Assembly: GCA_002633005.1 (NCBI GenBank)
Contig: NMRA01000010.1
Location: forward strand, 333,846-397,845
Direction of reading: 5' to 3'
Source: Phoronis australis
Lineage: Eukaryota; Animalia; Phoronida
DNA length: 64,000 nt
Shown here: positions 1-11,220 of the stretch, piece after piece
Layout: each line of letters starts with the position of its first letter
Numbering within the stretch: position 1 is the first letter of the stretch
The notes under the pieces: generated by a model
What the model was told of the DNA's origin: nothing
The model's input: the letters and a program-made list of their open reading frames with translations, nothing else
Databases searched by the model: none
Made by a program: the position numbers and the translations under genes

Positions 1-3000
1 CGAACTTGAATGTACATGTATGTTTATGAAAAGCTCTTACCCGCACGTACAAATTTGGCATATGCACCGCGCGGACATTATATTTGGACTAGTTTAGATA
101 ATTTCGGTGTTGCAATTTTTTGTTAGAGCTTGGAGTTGTGGCTCGTTAGGTCTTTCCCAGATGGTACGGGAGCCTTTCATACGATTTCTGTGCTACGTAG
201 CATACCTGTGTCGTCACAACATCGTTTTCGAATCAAAGTTAACACGGAGACAACTGGATAGGGGACAAACTGTATTCTCGTTGTAGTTTGTCCAGTTCGG
301 CATCTTACTCGTTCACAATGAAGTTGTTATCCTACTTTCTCAAGAAATTTAAGTCAATTCTGCACAATTATTGTCGTATGTTATACACGCATATAGTGAT
401 CATGCTACTCAAGTCATGGTCGACCCCCTACTAACAACAGGGTGGTAAATGGGTGATTCGGAGGTACAAGAACAAGAACAACAGGATATACGTGGTCCAA
501 CGGCTCAGGTGTCTGCCTAATGATCTCAAAGGTTCAAATTTCACTGGACAACGCTGCTAGACTTTTTGAGTCAGGTCTGAATCTGCTCAGCTCGGTCTTT
601 TGTGACCTCGATTCTAACTCATAATTCAAAAAACCGAACTATGTCAAACTATTGCAAGTACATATTTTTGAAAGAAAAAATATTAGGATTGTCCAAATAT
701 GTTTTATATTCATGTGCCATTATTATTCTCTTTACGTTACGACCTATTTAAGTCAAAATTTCATTTTTAAGAATGGTACATATAACCGTTTTAAAGTGAA
801 AACTTCAAAATTTACCCCAAAAACACCGTTAGGAATTTTCGACTACTCATTTAGTTTGGTTTCTGTGCCAATTTTACTCGCAAAACGTACGGTAGCTGTC
901 GTAGTCGTCCCATCTACAGTACGCAAAAAGTAATCGTTTAAAACTGGAAAGTTTCAGTGAAATCCACTCAGCGTTTTTTAGAGAACTCGTGTTCGAAGGG
1001 TTGAACTTAATTCGATTTTCTGAAACCGAGGAAAAGCCGAAAACGCAGTCAAATCCCAAAGACTTTCGATTAATTATTCACTGAAAACTTTGCTTTTGGT
1101 CAGTATTTCCAGTGCGTAGTTAACTTACTCCTCACTTATAACACTTTGTAAGCCGGGCTTCAATGACTAGAGTATAGATATGGGCTTAGTGCTACAAAAA
1201 TAGGTCCTCTCTTTCCCTGTTACCCCCCCCCCCTCTCTCTCTCTAAGTTCTTTGATAAATTTGTTCTATCCTATTGTGTTTTCCAATGCAATCATTTCTG
1301 GTTGTTGAGATACTGTCGGGATTTGCACGGAACGCTTTTTGTGTCTTCTCGATAAATTTGGAATCTGTCCCAACCCCTCGTGAATAGTTGACAGTGCTGG
1401 ACTTAAGGAAAGACAAATTTAAAGGACATCCCAAGCCGTTCTTCCAAGAGAGAATCCCGTCTGAATGGGGACCTCTTCGTATAGTAAGTTAAATTTCATT
1501 AAATTGGAAAAGTGTGACCAGTGAATTCCATCATAGTGTGACCCTTTTACAAGTGGCCTTCCTTAAGTATTACGACTCCACAAAAACAGGAAAGTGGAGG
1601 CACATTACCGATTCCATCTACAGCCCTCCCTCCCTGAGTGGGTCCGCCTTGAGAAATTATCAGTAAAAACACGAATAGAGAGGCAGCACCCGTAGGCCTA
1701 TCCCTCCAACGGTTGGACAGGGTCTATCATTCAAAAAAGGGAATGACCAGCAATTGATGCTATCAGTCAGGTTCCCAAGTATTATCATGTGATATGCTAT
1801 TTCCAAAAAAAGAAAAGAGCGAGCGACAATCAAGGCCCTTGCCAGAGAGGGCTCCGCGGAGAAATGTAGTTTAAAGTCGTCATCTTGAATATAAAAATCC
1901 AGTGAACTGATAGGCTCGGCAAAAGCTGTGCTTTACAAATTTTCTTGACTTTTTCAACGTGCACTTCGCGCTTAAACGACCCTTCCGCCGGCACGCGCTG
2001 CAAAATGGTCAGTGGTAATTGTTTCCAAAGGTGGCTTGACTGGGATTGTTGTGTGGATGACCGAGGGGCTGAAATGACTGGCACTGAAATTGGACCTTTG
2101 CAATGAAAAGGATTAGTCCTAAGAGCTAGGATACAAGGAATGACTAGTACCTCCCGTACCAAGAGGGGTTTTGCATTGAACAGTTTGTCATGCCCCGTTG
2201 TACCTGCCACCTCACTCCCCCCCCCCCGTGTATACACCAGTGCATAGAGCTCGCAATATGCTCGTAATTGGTGGAAGTGTTTTCATTTTATATCTCACTT
2301 ATGTAGTAATTCCCAAGGTACGTGTCTTACCTTACATCTTAGTCGTTCGTGGTCGAGCTCAATAGGTCTGTTTGGTGTGTGGTCTGAATATCGAAAGCCG
2401 CTCTGCATCCCAGCACGTGTATCGGCCGCAGGGCCGCTTAATTAATATTCATAATGCGCACTAATTGGCCATTACCGCGCATGGGCCGGACAGCCAACGT
2501 CGGCAGTCTCCAAGACGACAGCAGTCGTCTCTCGATGCCGAAAGAGAACGCGCGCGGCAGAAGGGCAGCGCATCTTTTCGCGCGCAGCAGTGAGGCAGGT
2601 CAAATAACGTCTTACTACACTTGTGTCATCGTCAATCGTTGCCAGTATGGCCTTACGTAGGGATCTATAATCCTTTCTTATCTGATTAAGGAAGAAGTTC
2701 AGATAACACTTGTTGAGTAAAAGTGTTATTTTGGCAAATAAAGTGGAAATACTAATTTCATTTTTAAACGAGCAATTTGATGAATATTAGTTTTTCATTT
2801 GCTGTGTGATGTCATCAGGTCTAAATAATGATGACAATCGGACAATAGTTGCAAAACACAACTCTCTGAGGTTCTGTTGACAGGTTTTGAATGTTCTCAT
2901 AGAGATGATTAGACTTTTCTGGCCTACGACATTTTTGCCTTTATCTGCAGTCGATCTGCCACAGACCCACATAACAATACGCCAATGTATGTAAAGACTT

Positions 3001-3428
3001 TATGATATACAGACAAAAGTGGCCCAGTGAAATAATACTGTCCATACCACTTGCTTTGTCACAATATCTTACAAACCACTGCCCTGTTTGAAAAGCAATT
3101 ATGTTAGACTGAGGGAGGTAACATATGCATATGCGTCTTTTGCAGGTTGTCGACATCTCTAAATACAGTTGATAACATTTAACAACTGGACTGAAACATG
3201 GTGGCATACAGTAATGTTTGATACAAATGTTCCCATGTGAGTGAGGATCATACAGACGGGTAATGACATATCTAAGTTGTGTTAATATTGGTTTTTCGTT
3301 ATGCAAGATAGGTGATTTTCAGCTTTTTTGTGCAGTTGTCTTTGTTCATGAAGGTTGTCTTCTATCAGGAAAGTGTTTGTTCCATCAACACTTTCGTTTA
3401 GAGGTTGTATTGAGTTGTCTATAGCCTA

Positions 3429-3725
3429 GGCGGGGGCCCAGGGGGCCAAAACCAGGTCCCCCTTAATTGGCTGCCGCCAGCAAAATGAAACAGAAACAGC
3501 GTGAAGCGCGAAGAAAAAGAGAGTTCAGTAAATAGGACCGGTAGCGGATTGGGGGGCTCAGATCCCAGATCGCGGCGGAATCGTGTTCCCGTTTTTCATT
3601 TTAGTCCACCGATAGATTTTCTGAACAGAAGGTTCACATCCTCGGCTCCCACAACTTTCGGGCCCCATGTTTCCCTGAGACAACATGTTGGACCTCCCCC
3701 TTATGGTATCCTAGATCCGCCACTG
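3429..3725. mobile_element. GC-rich-ended non-autonomous DNA element ending gatccgccactg
   Basis: Shares internal sequence (gcgtgaagcgcga, ttttagtccaccg, gagacaacatgttgg) and its 3' end with 31631-31940. Confidence 0.7.
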
Positions 3726-6619
3726 TATAGTACATAAAATACTTGAATGCGATGAGTGATCTTGTTTGAATCTGCTGATAAATAAATTATCATTGTCAAA
3801 ATGTGGAAACAGAGAATAATAGATTTTCCATTTACTGGATTTTCTTATAGATCCAACATTCACCTACTGACAATGAATCTCGATCCTTGTTCACTTTTCG
3901 AAGCTCGTTGTACATGTGTGTATTTGTCACAGGTATTATGCACGTCAACGTGAAAACAATTCTGTCTGTAATGCGTATATTTGATTGAAGAGGTTTGTAT
4001 GTAGTAGTATCGTGTTTGCATAAAAGGAATTTAAACTATTCTATCTATTTTAAACAGGTTCTAAGCAGCTTCCTGTGTTCCAGAAAGTCACGGATAAGAG
4101 GAAGAGTCCCCCCAACTGACGCAGCACGTTCAAGCTACTAAATCAGGGCCACACAACTGGTGTCATTGACAGCACATGTTAGTGAACATCTTTATCGCTT
4201 ACACAGAATCGATGATAACCATTCGTGCTACTGTGCACTGTCTGTAGGTCAACAGATTGGCCAAAGTTGGAGGACCCTATTTCATTGCTGTTACAGCATT
4301 CGAAGCTGCTTGCCAATGTATCACCTTAAATACAGCGTATGTCCCTTTCAGGTCTATGTAGCCAAATCTGCCCGATAGATCAGTCTATATTTCTTTTATT
4401 AAATGGCTACTGGTGCTTCTTTAATGCTTTGATGTACTGACATTGTCTGCTTGCTTTGTTGTTAGGGTTTATTATTTTTATGGTATCTGATTGGTCACAT
4501 TGCTAGTTGCGTGACATCCTGGTGGCGTAAATGAAAAGTGTTATTCCACAGGGAGGTGGGTCAAAATTATTAACCTGTGTTCCAGACCATCAGAGGACAG
4601 AAGTGTCAGTTGTCACGTAATGAAACAACATGAGTAACCCAAAATTTAATGTCAGGACATAAGGTAATGTGGCACCTTACTGACAAATATCTACAAACTT
4701 TGGAATTTAACTTTCTAAAGCACTACTTTAATTCATGAAAGTAGAGAGTCTGTATATATTGACTTTATATATCAATCTGCCATTAATTGGGTCCATTCAG
4801 TTGACCATATTTTTAATAAGATTCCGGAAAAGGGAATACATTCGTAACAAAACAGTGGAGTCGATAACATGACAAATTTTCTTTTTATATAAATGTTCAA
4901 GATGGAATCTGAAAAATGCCGATTCTGTTTTCTTAGTGACCCTTTTCGTTTTATTCAATTTTGAGTTTTTCATGAAATTACTGAAAGTCCCTGTTTTAGC
5001 TAGCCCTCCCATGCCAAAGTAAATTAGTCAAAAGACAATCTCTAAAAGCCTGATGGGGAACAGTGCATAAAGTACAAGATCTGAAAGTTTTTATTGGAAT
5101 CCTATCAGCCATTTGCAAGATGTGTTTTCCGCTTTACCAAGTTTAGACATTTGTCTAGGATCTCCCATAACCTGATGCTTGAACACTTTTCTTTTACTGC
5201 ACAGTGAATGATGTCGTATAACTGTTGGTCTTCACATACATGTACGCCATATGTTGATCACATCAGGTGTTGGCTAACAGGTAAGCAGAAAGTCCTGGGT
5301 CCAAACCTTGGTGGGGACAAAGAGCATTTTAGATGTAACTATGCATCACCTGATGCCAACAAAATATCAGGTGTGAAAAGATTAATTCTTGCTTATTATT
5401 CTTAAAGTTTTAACAATTTTTCCTTTGAATTAAAGTTAGGGCAGGCTCTAGTCAAAATGGAATGTTATTGTGACGAAATCACCTTTTTAAGTTTGCCTCT
5501 GTATGTTAGGAGTTCGTTGGCATACTTTCATGAAATTTGACAAATAGTTGTGTTTTTCAGAGATGACGTCACCTTCTCAATTCGGATGGGTTTAACCCAC
5601 TATGCATCATCTAAGGAGCATCTTTATGATTCCAAAAACACTACTGGAATTGCGTTGCAGTCGTGGGTGCAGTAGCTTTTGTATACAGAAGGCAAGCATC
5701 GAAAAGTTTACACCATTTGAGCATTTATTGCAGTACAGCATTTGTCAAAGGTTAGGGTAATTGTGTAAGGAGATGGATTGTTTTTCAAATGGGAACCATT
5801 CATTACACAATACACATCCAATGGAGTCTGCTCAGTGTTGTCATCGAAAAATTATTATTGTTTACTGCAGCAGAATATTTGTGCAAGTGGGAATGTTGCG
5901 ATGTTGCATTTTAAAGATTTCAAAAGAAATTAGACAGACTTCAGAAGAAGTCTCCAAGACTGCCAAATTTGGATAAACTTCTTACCAGAGTAATTTGTCA
6001 GTTTACGTAGTCGAACTTTTGTCAGAGTTGAATGTCGACATTGTGTCTAGTCCTTAATTTTTTGTTTGTGAATGGTCTTACGCAATAAGTTTTTTTTTTG
6101 TTTAGATTTAGCTAGAATTGGATTGGATTCTATTGGGAAAGAAATAAATATTTTATTAGCCTTGTCAAATTACGACATTGTGTAGTTTAGTTTGAAAAAT
6201 ACTGTATGCTAGCCTTTGTACCTTTACACAGTATATTTTGTGTTGTATTAAGTTTGGTAGTATGTTGGAAAAATAAAAAACTTAGACCTGTCCATGTAGA
6301 TGTTGTTAAAGCAAAATCACATTCATATTTTTAAATATCTTTAAAAACTATCCACCATTTTCGTTGTAACATACATCATCTCCAGAGACTCCGGTCCACC
6401 TGCACTAACATGGAGAACATGTTTTCTGTGACACCCTGAACTTTCCAAAAAGAATGGGCCCAACTTGAGGATTTCATTTTGTCTATGAAAGTATCTCATT
6501 AAAGGTATTAAAATTTTTATAAAATTGAAAATGTGTAACCCCATACTGTTTTAAGTACTGGTTAAATTTGGAATTATGTAGAAGACGATTGCTAATGTGT
6601 TAGAGTAGTCTCAAGAACA

Positions 6620-9480
6620 GGAATTGCGTTTACAGTTTATTGTAATCTGCGAGAGAAAGCTTGCTTCACCACTTAGTTTTTTGTGAAATGAAAAGATACG
6701 GATTGCAAGTTTGCTTATTAAGGGAATAGTATTTTGTTCTGAATTGATTTAGCATACAACTTTGTACCAAGGCAAGGGCAACGGATGGTGTCTTATGTCT
6801 GCCCTCTTGGACGACACGTTCACAGAGTTTGAACAACTAGCTGCCTTACAAAAAGGCATGGAGAATTGTTTACTACACTGGCAAACAGTAAATAATAAGA
6901 ATCGGTGATACAATGATAAAACTCGATGTAAACTCTATCCACTCAATGCCCCAATATGGAGCAGAAATATGTGATAAGCAGTCGATGCCCTGTCAACCAC
7001 TGACATATCGGCCAATCAGAGATTGCTGTCAGCATTAGTGTTTTTACAATAAAATGTGAGTCAGTTTTGTTTGGAGCGCAACTCGGGCAAATGTGAGTTT
7101 TATGTGTATGTTGGAACCGGTTTACTGCTGCATTATTTTTACTACAGTCATCTTTTAAACTTGGCATCGAGTAAAAATTAATCGTGGATAATTTACAGGG
7201 ACAGAAAATATTGTTCATAATGTCTTGTAATCTTTCAGGGAATGCTTACTTCACAACGTAGGGTTTGTAAAGGGAAAATAGAATGGCCTGCTTAAACGTG
7301 GAATTCGGAAGAAAGTAATTATTGTTAACGTGTTCAATAAAGTCTCAAGATAAGAAAAAGTTGTACTTACAACATATTTTAACCCGCCAGAAAATGCTTT
7401 TGTGAAATGAAAAGACATTAATTCCAAGTTTGCTTATTAAGGGAANGCTAGAATTGGATTGGATTCTATTGGGAAAGAAATAAATATTTTATTAGCCTTG
7501 TCAAATTACGACATTGTGTAGTTTAGTTTGAAAAATACTGTATGCTAGCCTTTGTACCTTTACACAGTATATTTTGTGTTGTATTAAGTTTGGTAGTATG
7601 TTGGAAAAATAAAAAACTTAGACCTGTCCATGTAGATGTTGTTAAAGCAAAATCACATTCATATTTTTAAATATCTTTAAAAACTATCCACCATTTTCGT
7701 TGTAACATACATCATCTCCAGAGACTCCGGTCCACCTGCACTAACATGGAGAACATGTTTTCTGTGACACCCTGAACTTTCCAAAAAGAATGGGCCCAAC
7801 TTGAGGATTTCATTTTGTCTATGAAAGTATCTCATTAAAGGTATTAAATTTTTTATAAAATTGAAAATGTGAAACCCCATACTGTTTTAAGTACTGGTTA
7901 AATTTGGAATTATGTAGAAGACGATTGCTAATGTGTTAGAGTAGTCTCAAGAACAGGAATTGCGTTTACAGTTTATTGTAATCTGCGAGAGAAAGCTTGC
8001 TTCACCACTTAGTTTTTTGTGAAGTGAAAAGACATGGATTGCAAGTTTGCTTATTAAGGGAACAGTATTTTGTTCTGAATTGATTTAGCATACAGCTTTG
8101 TACCAAGGCAAAGGCAACGGATGGTGTCCTATGTCTGCCCTCTTGGACGACACGTTCACAGAGTTTGAACAACTAGCTGCCATACAAAAAGGCATGGAGA
8201 ATTTTTTACTACACTGGCAAACAGTAAATAATAAGAATCGGTGTGATACAATTGTAAAACACAATGTAAACTCTATCCACTCAATGCCCCAATATGGATC
8301 AGAAATGTATGATAAGCAGTCGATGCCCTGTCAACCACTGACATATCAGCCAATCAGAGACTGCTGTAAGCATTAGTGTTTTTACAATAAAATGTGAATC
8401 AGTTTTCTTTGGAGCGCACCTCGGGCAAATGTTGTTTTTATATGTATGTTAGAATCGGTTTACTGCTGCATTATTTTTACTACAGTCACCTTTTAAACTT
8501 GGAATCGAGTAAAAATTAATCGTCGATAATTTACAGGGACAGAAAATATTGTTCATAATGTCTTGTAATCTTTCAGGGAATGCTTACTTCACAACATAGG
8601 GTTTGTAAAGGGAAAATAGAATGGCCTGCTTAAACGTGGAATTCGGAAGAAAGTAATTGTTAACGTGTTCAATAAAGTCTCAAGATAAGAAAAAAGTTGT
8701 GCTTACAACATATTTTAACCCGCCAGAAAATGTTTTTGTGAAATGAAAAGACATTAATTCCAAGTTTGCTTATTAAGGGAACAGTATTTTGTTCTGAATT
8801 CATTTAGCATACAGCTTTGCACCAAGGCAATGGCAACGGATGGCATCCTATGTCCGCCCTCTTAGGCGACACCTTTTTCTCAGAGTTTGAACAACTATGT
8901 GCCATACAAAAAGGCATGGAGAACTTCTTACTACATTGGCAAACAGTAAATAATAAGAATCGGTGATACAATGACAAAAGGCGATGTAAACTCTATCCAC
9001 TCAATGCCGCAATATTGAGCAGAAATATGTGATAAGCAGCTGGTGCCATAGCAACCACTGACATATCAGCCAATTAGAGATTGCTGTAAGCATTAGTGTT
9101 TTTACAATAAAATGTGAATCAGCTTTTGTTTGGAGCGCAACTCGGGCAAATATGAGTTTTATTTGTATGTTAGAACCGGTTTACTGTTGTATTGTCTTTA
9201 CTAGTCATCTTTTAAACTTGGCATTGGGTAAAAATTAATCGCCGATAATTTACAGGGACAGAAAATATTACTCATAATGTCTTGTAATCTTTAAGAGAAT
9301 GTATATTTCACAACATAGGGTTTGTAAAACGAAAATAGAATGGCCTGCTTAAACGTGGAATTCGGAAGAAAATAATTGTTAACATGTTCAATAAAGTCTC
9401 AAGATAAGAAAAAGTTGTGCTTACGACAAATTGTAACCAGCCAGAGAATGTTTGGTTCACCATGTGACTTTGTAAAGCTA
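6620..9480. repeat. Tandem repeat of ~720-bp units (copy number inflated by the assembly overlap at N 7446)
   Basis: The tgtgaa(a/g)tgaaaaga anchor recurs at about 6682, 7401, 8018 and 8737. The unit starting at 8737 is visibly diverged from the previous one. Confidence 0.8.
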
Positions 9481-10650
9481 TCATACAATCATTCCAAGTA
9501 AGGAAGGGCGTGGCTTGCTTAAACTTGGAATTGGGTAGAAAACAATTGCCAACGCATTCAGAGGTGTTCCAAACGTGATAGAAAATGCATTTATGACATA
9601 CTGTAACCGGTCAGAGAATATTTGCTACACCAGAAGAAAGTAAAGAAGAAATATTCCAAGTTTAAGCAAGAGCGTGGCTTGCTTAAACTTGGAATTGGGT
9701 AAAAAAACTACGAAATGCATTCAAGGGTGTTACAAAATTAATAGAAAATGCATTTACAATGTATTGCAACCAGTGAAAGAATTTTTGGTTAACCACGTGA
9801 TTTTTGTTAGGGCAGAAACTGAATTATTCCAAGTTTAAGTGAGACACGCCCTTGCTTAAAGTTGGAATTGGGTAGAAAAAACTGCGAATGACCGCAGAAG
9901 TGTTCCAAAATTAATAGAAAATGGATTCAAAATGTATTGCAACCAGTTACCGAATGTTTGGTTCACCATGTGATCTTTTGTAAAGCAGAAGTTGAATTAT
10001 TCCAAGTTAATGCAAGGGTGTATCTTGCTTAAACTTGGAATTTATTGTGTTAAAAATCTGCGAATGCGCTCAGAAGTATTCTTAAGATAATAGAAAAAAG
10101 CATTTAAATTGTATTGCAACCAGTGAGAGAATGTTTGGTTCACCACGTGAGTTTTTGTGAAGCAGAAATTGGGTTATTCCAAGTTTAAGCGAGCCAGGCC
10201 CTAGCTTAAACTTGGAATTGGGTAAAAAACAACGGCGAATGCATTCATAGGTGTTTCAAAAGTAATAGAAAATGCATTTACATTGTATTGCAATCATTAA
10301 GAGAATGTTTGGTTCACATCGCGAATTTTTTAGAAAAGAAATTGAATTATTCCAAGCTTAAGCGAGCCACGCCCTTGCTTAAACTTTGAGGTGGGTATAA
10401 AAAACTGCGAATGTGCTCGAAGTGTTCCAAAATTTAAAATGTATTGCAACCAGTTACCGAATGTTTGGTTCACCATGTGATCTATTGTAAAGCAGAACTT
10501 GAATTATTCCAAGTTAAAGCAAGGGCGTATCTTGGTTAAACTTGGAATTTACGGGGTAGAAAAAAAATCGGCCAGAATTCTTCCGAAACTAGAAAATGCA
10601 TATAAAATGTATTGCAACCAGTTAGTGAATGTTTAATTCACCTCTTGATC
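9480..10650. repeat. ~173-bp-period satellite, 7 units, each containing a ~18-bp hairpin
   Basis: attccaag...ttggaat inverted repeats (some degenerate) start at 9491, 9653, 9826, 9999, 10176, 10349 and 10506. Confidence 0.9.
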
Positions 10651-11096
10651 AAACATCAACCAGGCACTATAATTTCAAACTTGAAGCTTTATTTTTATAT
10701 TGGAATAGGCAACAACACAGAAATAATACGACTCAAATGGCCACCGTGGCAGTAAGGCTAAGACCTTGAATGCCCGGTGCATTACTGGGTGGGCATCAGC
10801 CTAATCACAATGCAGTCCTTAAGTGATTTTTTATTCCAGTCCCTCGGGCTAACCAGTATTCGTGACCAGGCCATGGCGGGAGCTTTATCTCGATTTTTTA
10901 GAAATCTTTTCTCTCTGTAGCCTACCGGTTCAGAAACGGTTGCAGCCCAAGCGCCTTGTTCTGTGATTGTGCGCCAGGCAGCCACTTTTAAGTAGATTAA
11001 AATCCCAAGTTCACGCAAGATTTCAAGCTCACGTACAACGAACGATATATTCGTGAAACCACACGAGGGCGCTGCGACTCCTTTGTAATCATGATT

Positions 11097-11148
11097 GGGA
11101 TTTTCCAGAATAGCCCCGACTTCTGGGAAATTTTTCAGGAACTGAAAA
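11097..11148 (+). promoter_or_regulatory. Immune-response motif cluster immediately 5' of the RLR ATG (NF-kB, STAT/GAS and Ets-IRF-like sites)
   Basis: GGGATTTTCC at 11097-11106 (kappaB consensus), TTCTGGGAA at 11121-11129 (GAS, TTCN3GAA), GGAACTGAAA at 11138-11147 (GGAAnnGAAA). Confidence 0.55.
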
Positions 11149-11149
11149 C

Positions 11150-11220
11150 ATGGAAGTCGACGCCAACAATTCGCAGTTGGACGTCCAACGAAAGATGATC
11201 AATGAAGTGTACTTGGAGCC
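11150..11220 (+). CDS. RLR exon 1 (partial, 3' end lost at N 11221): [24 protein letters not shown], start of CARD1
   Basis: ATG in a strong context (aaaacATGG) with an open frame up to the N. Lies just downstream of kappaB/GAS-like motifs; exon 2 begins mid-CARD and needs an upstream exon. No donor is visible. Confidence 0.65.

Noticed and set aside
2390-2660. CpG-rich promoter-like patch with a 68-aa ORF
   Set aside because: No linked exon chain or recognisable protein, so no gene could be supported.
6111-8781. 1336-bp near-identical tandem duplication (ORFs 6341 and 7677)
   Set aside because: The copies abut a single N (7446) and differ by scattered SNPs, the pattern of uncollapsed haplotype overlap. 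Not treated as a real duplication.
9480-10650. CRISPR-like array of regularly spaced palindromes
   Set aside because: The spacers are homologous to each other, the period is ~173 bp, there are no cas genes, and the context is eukaryotic. It is a satellite.
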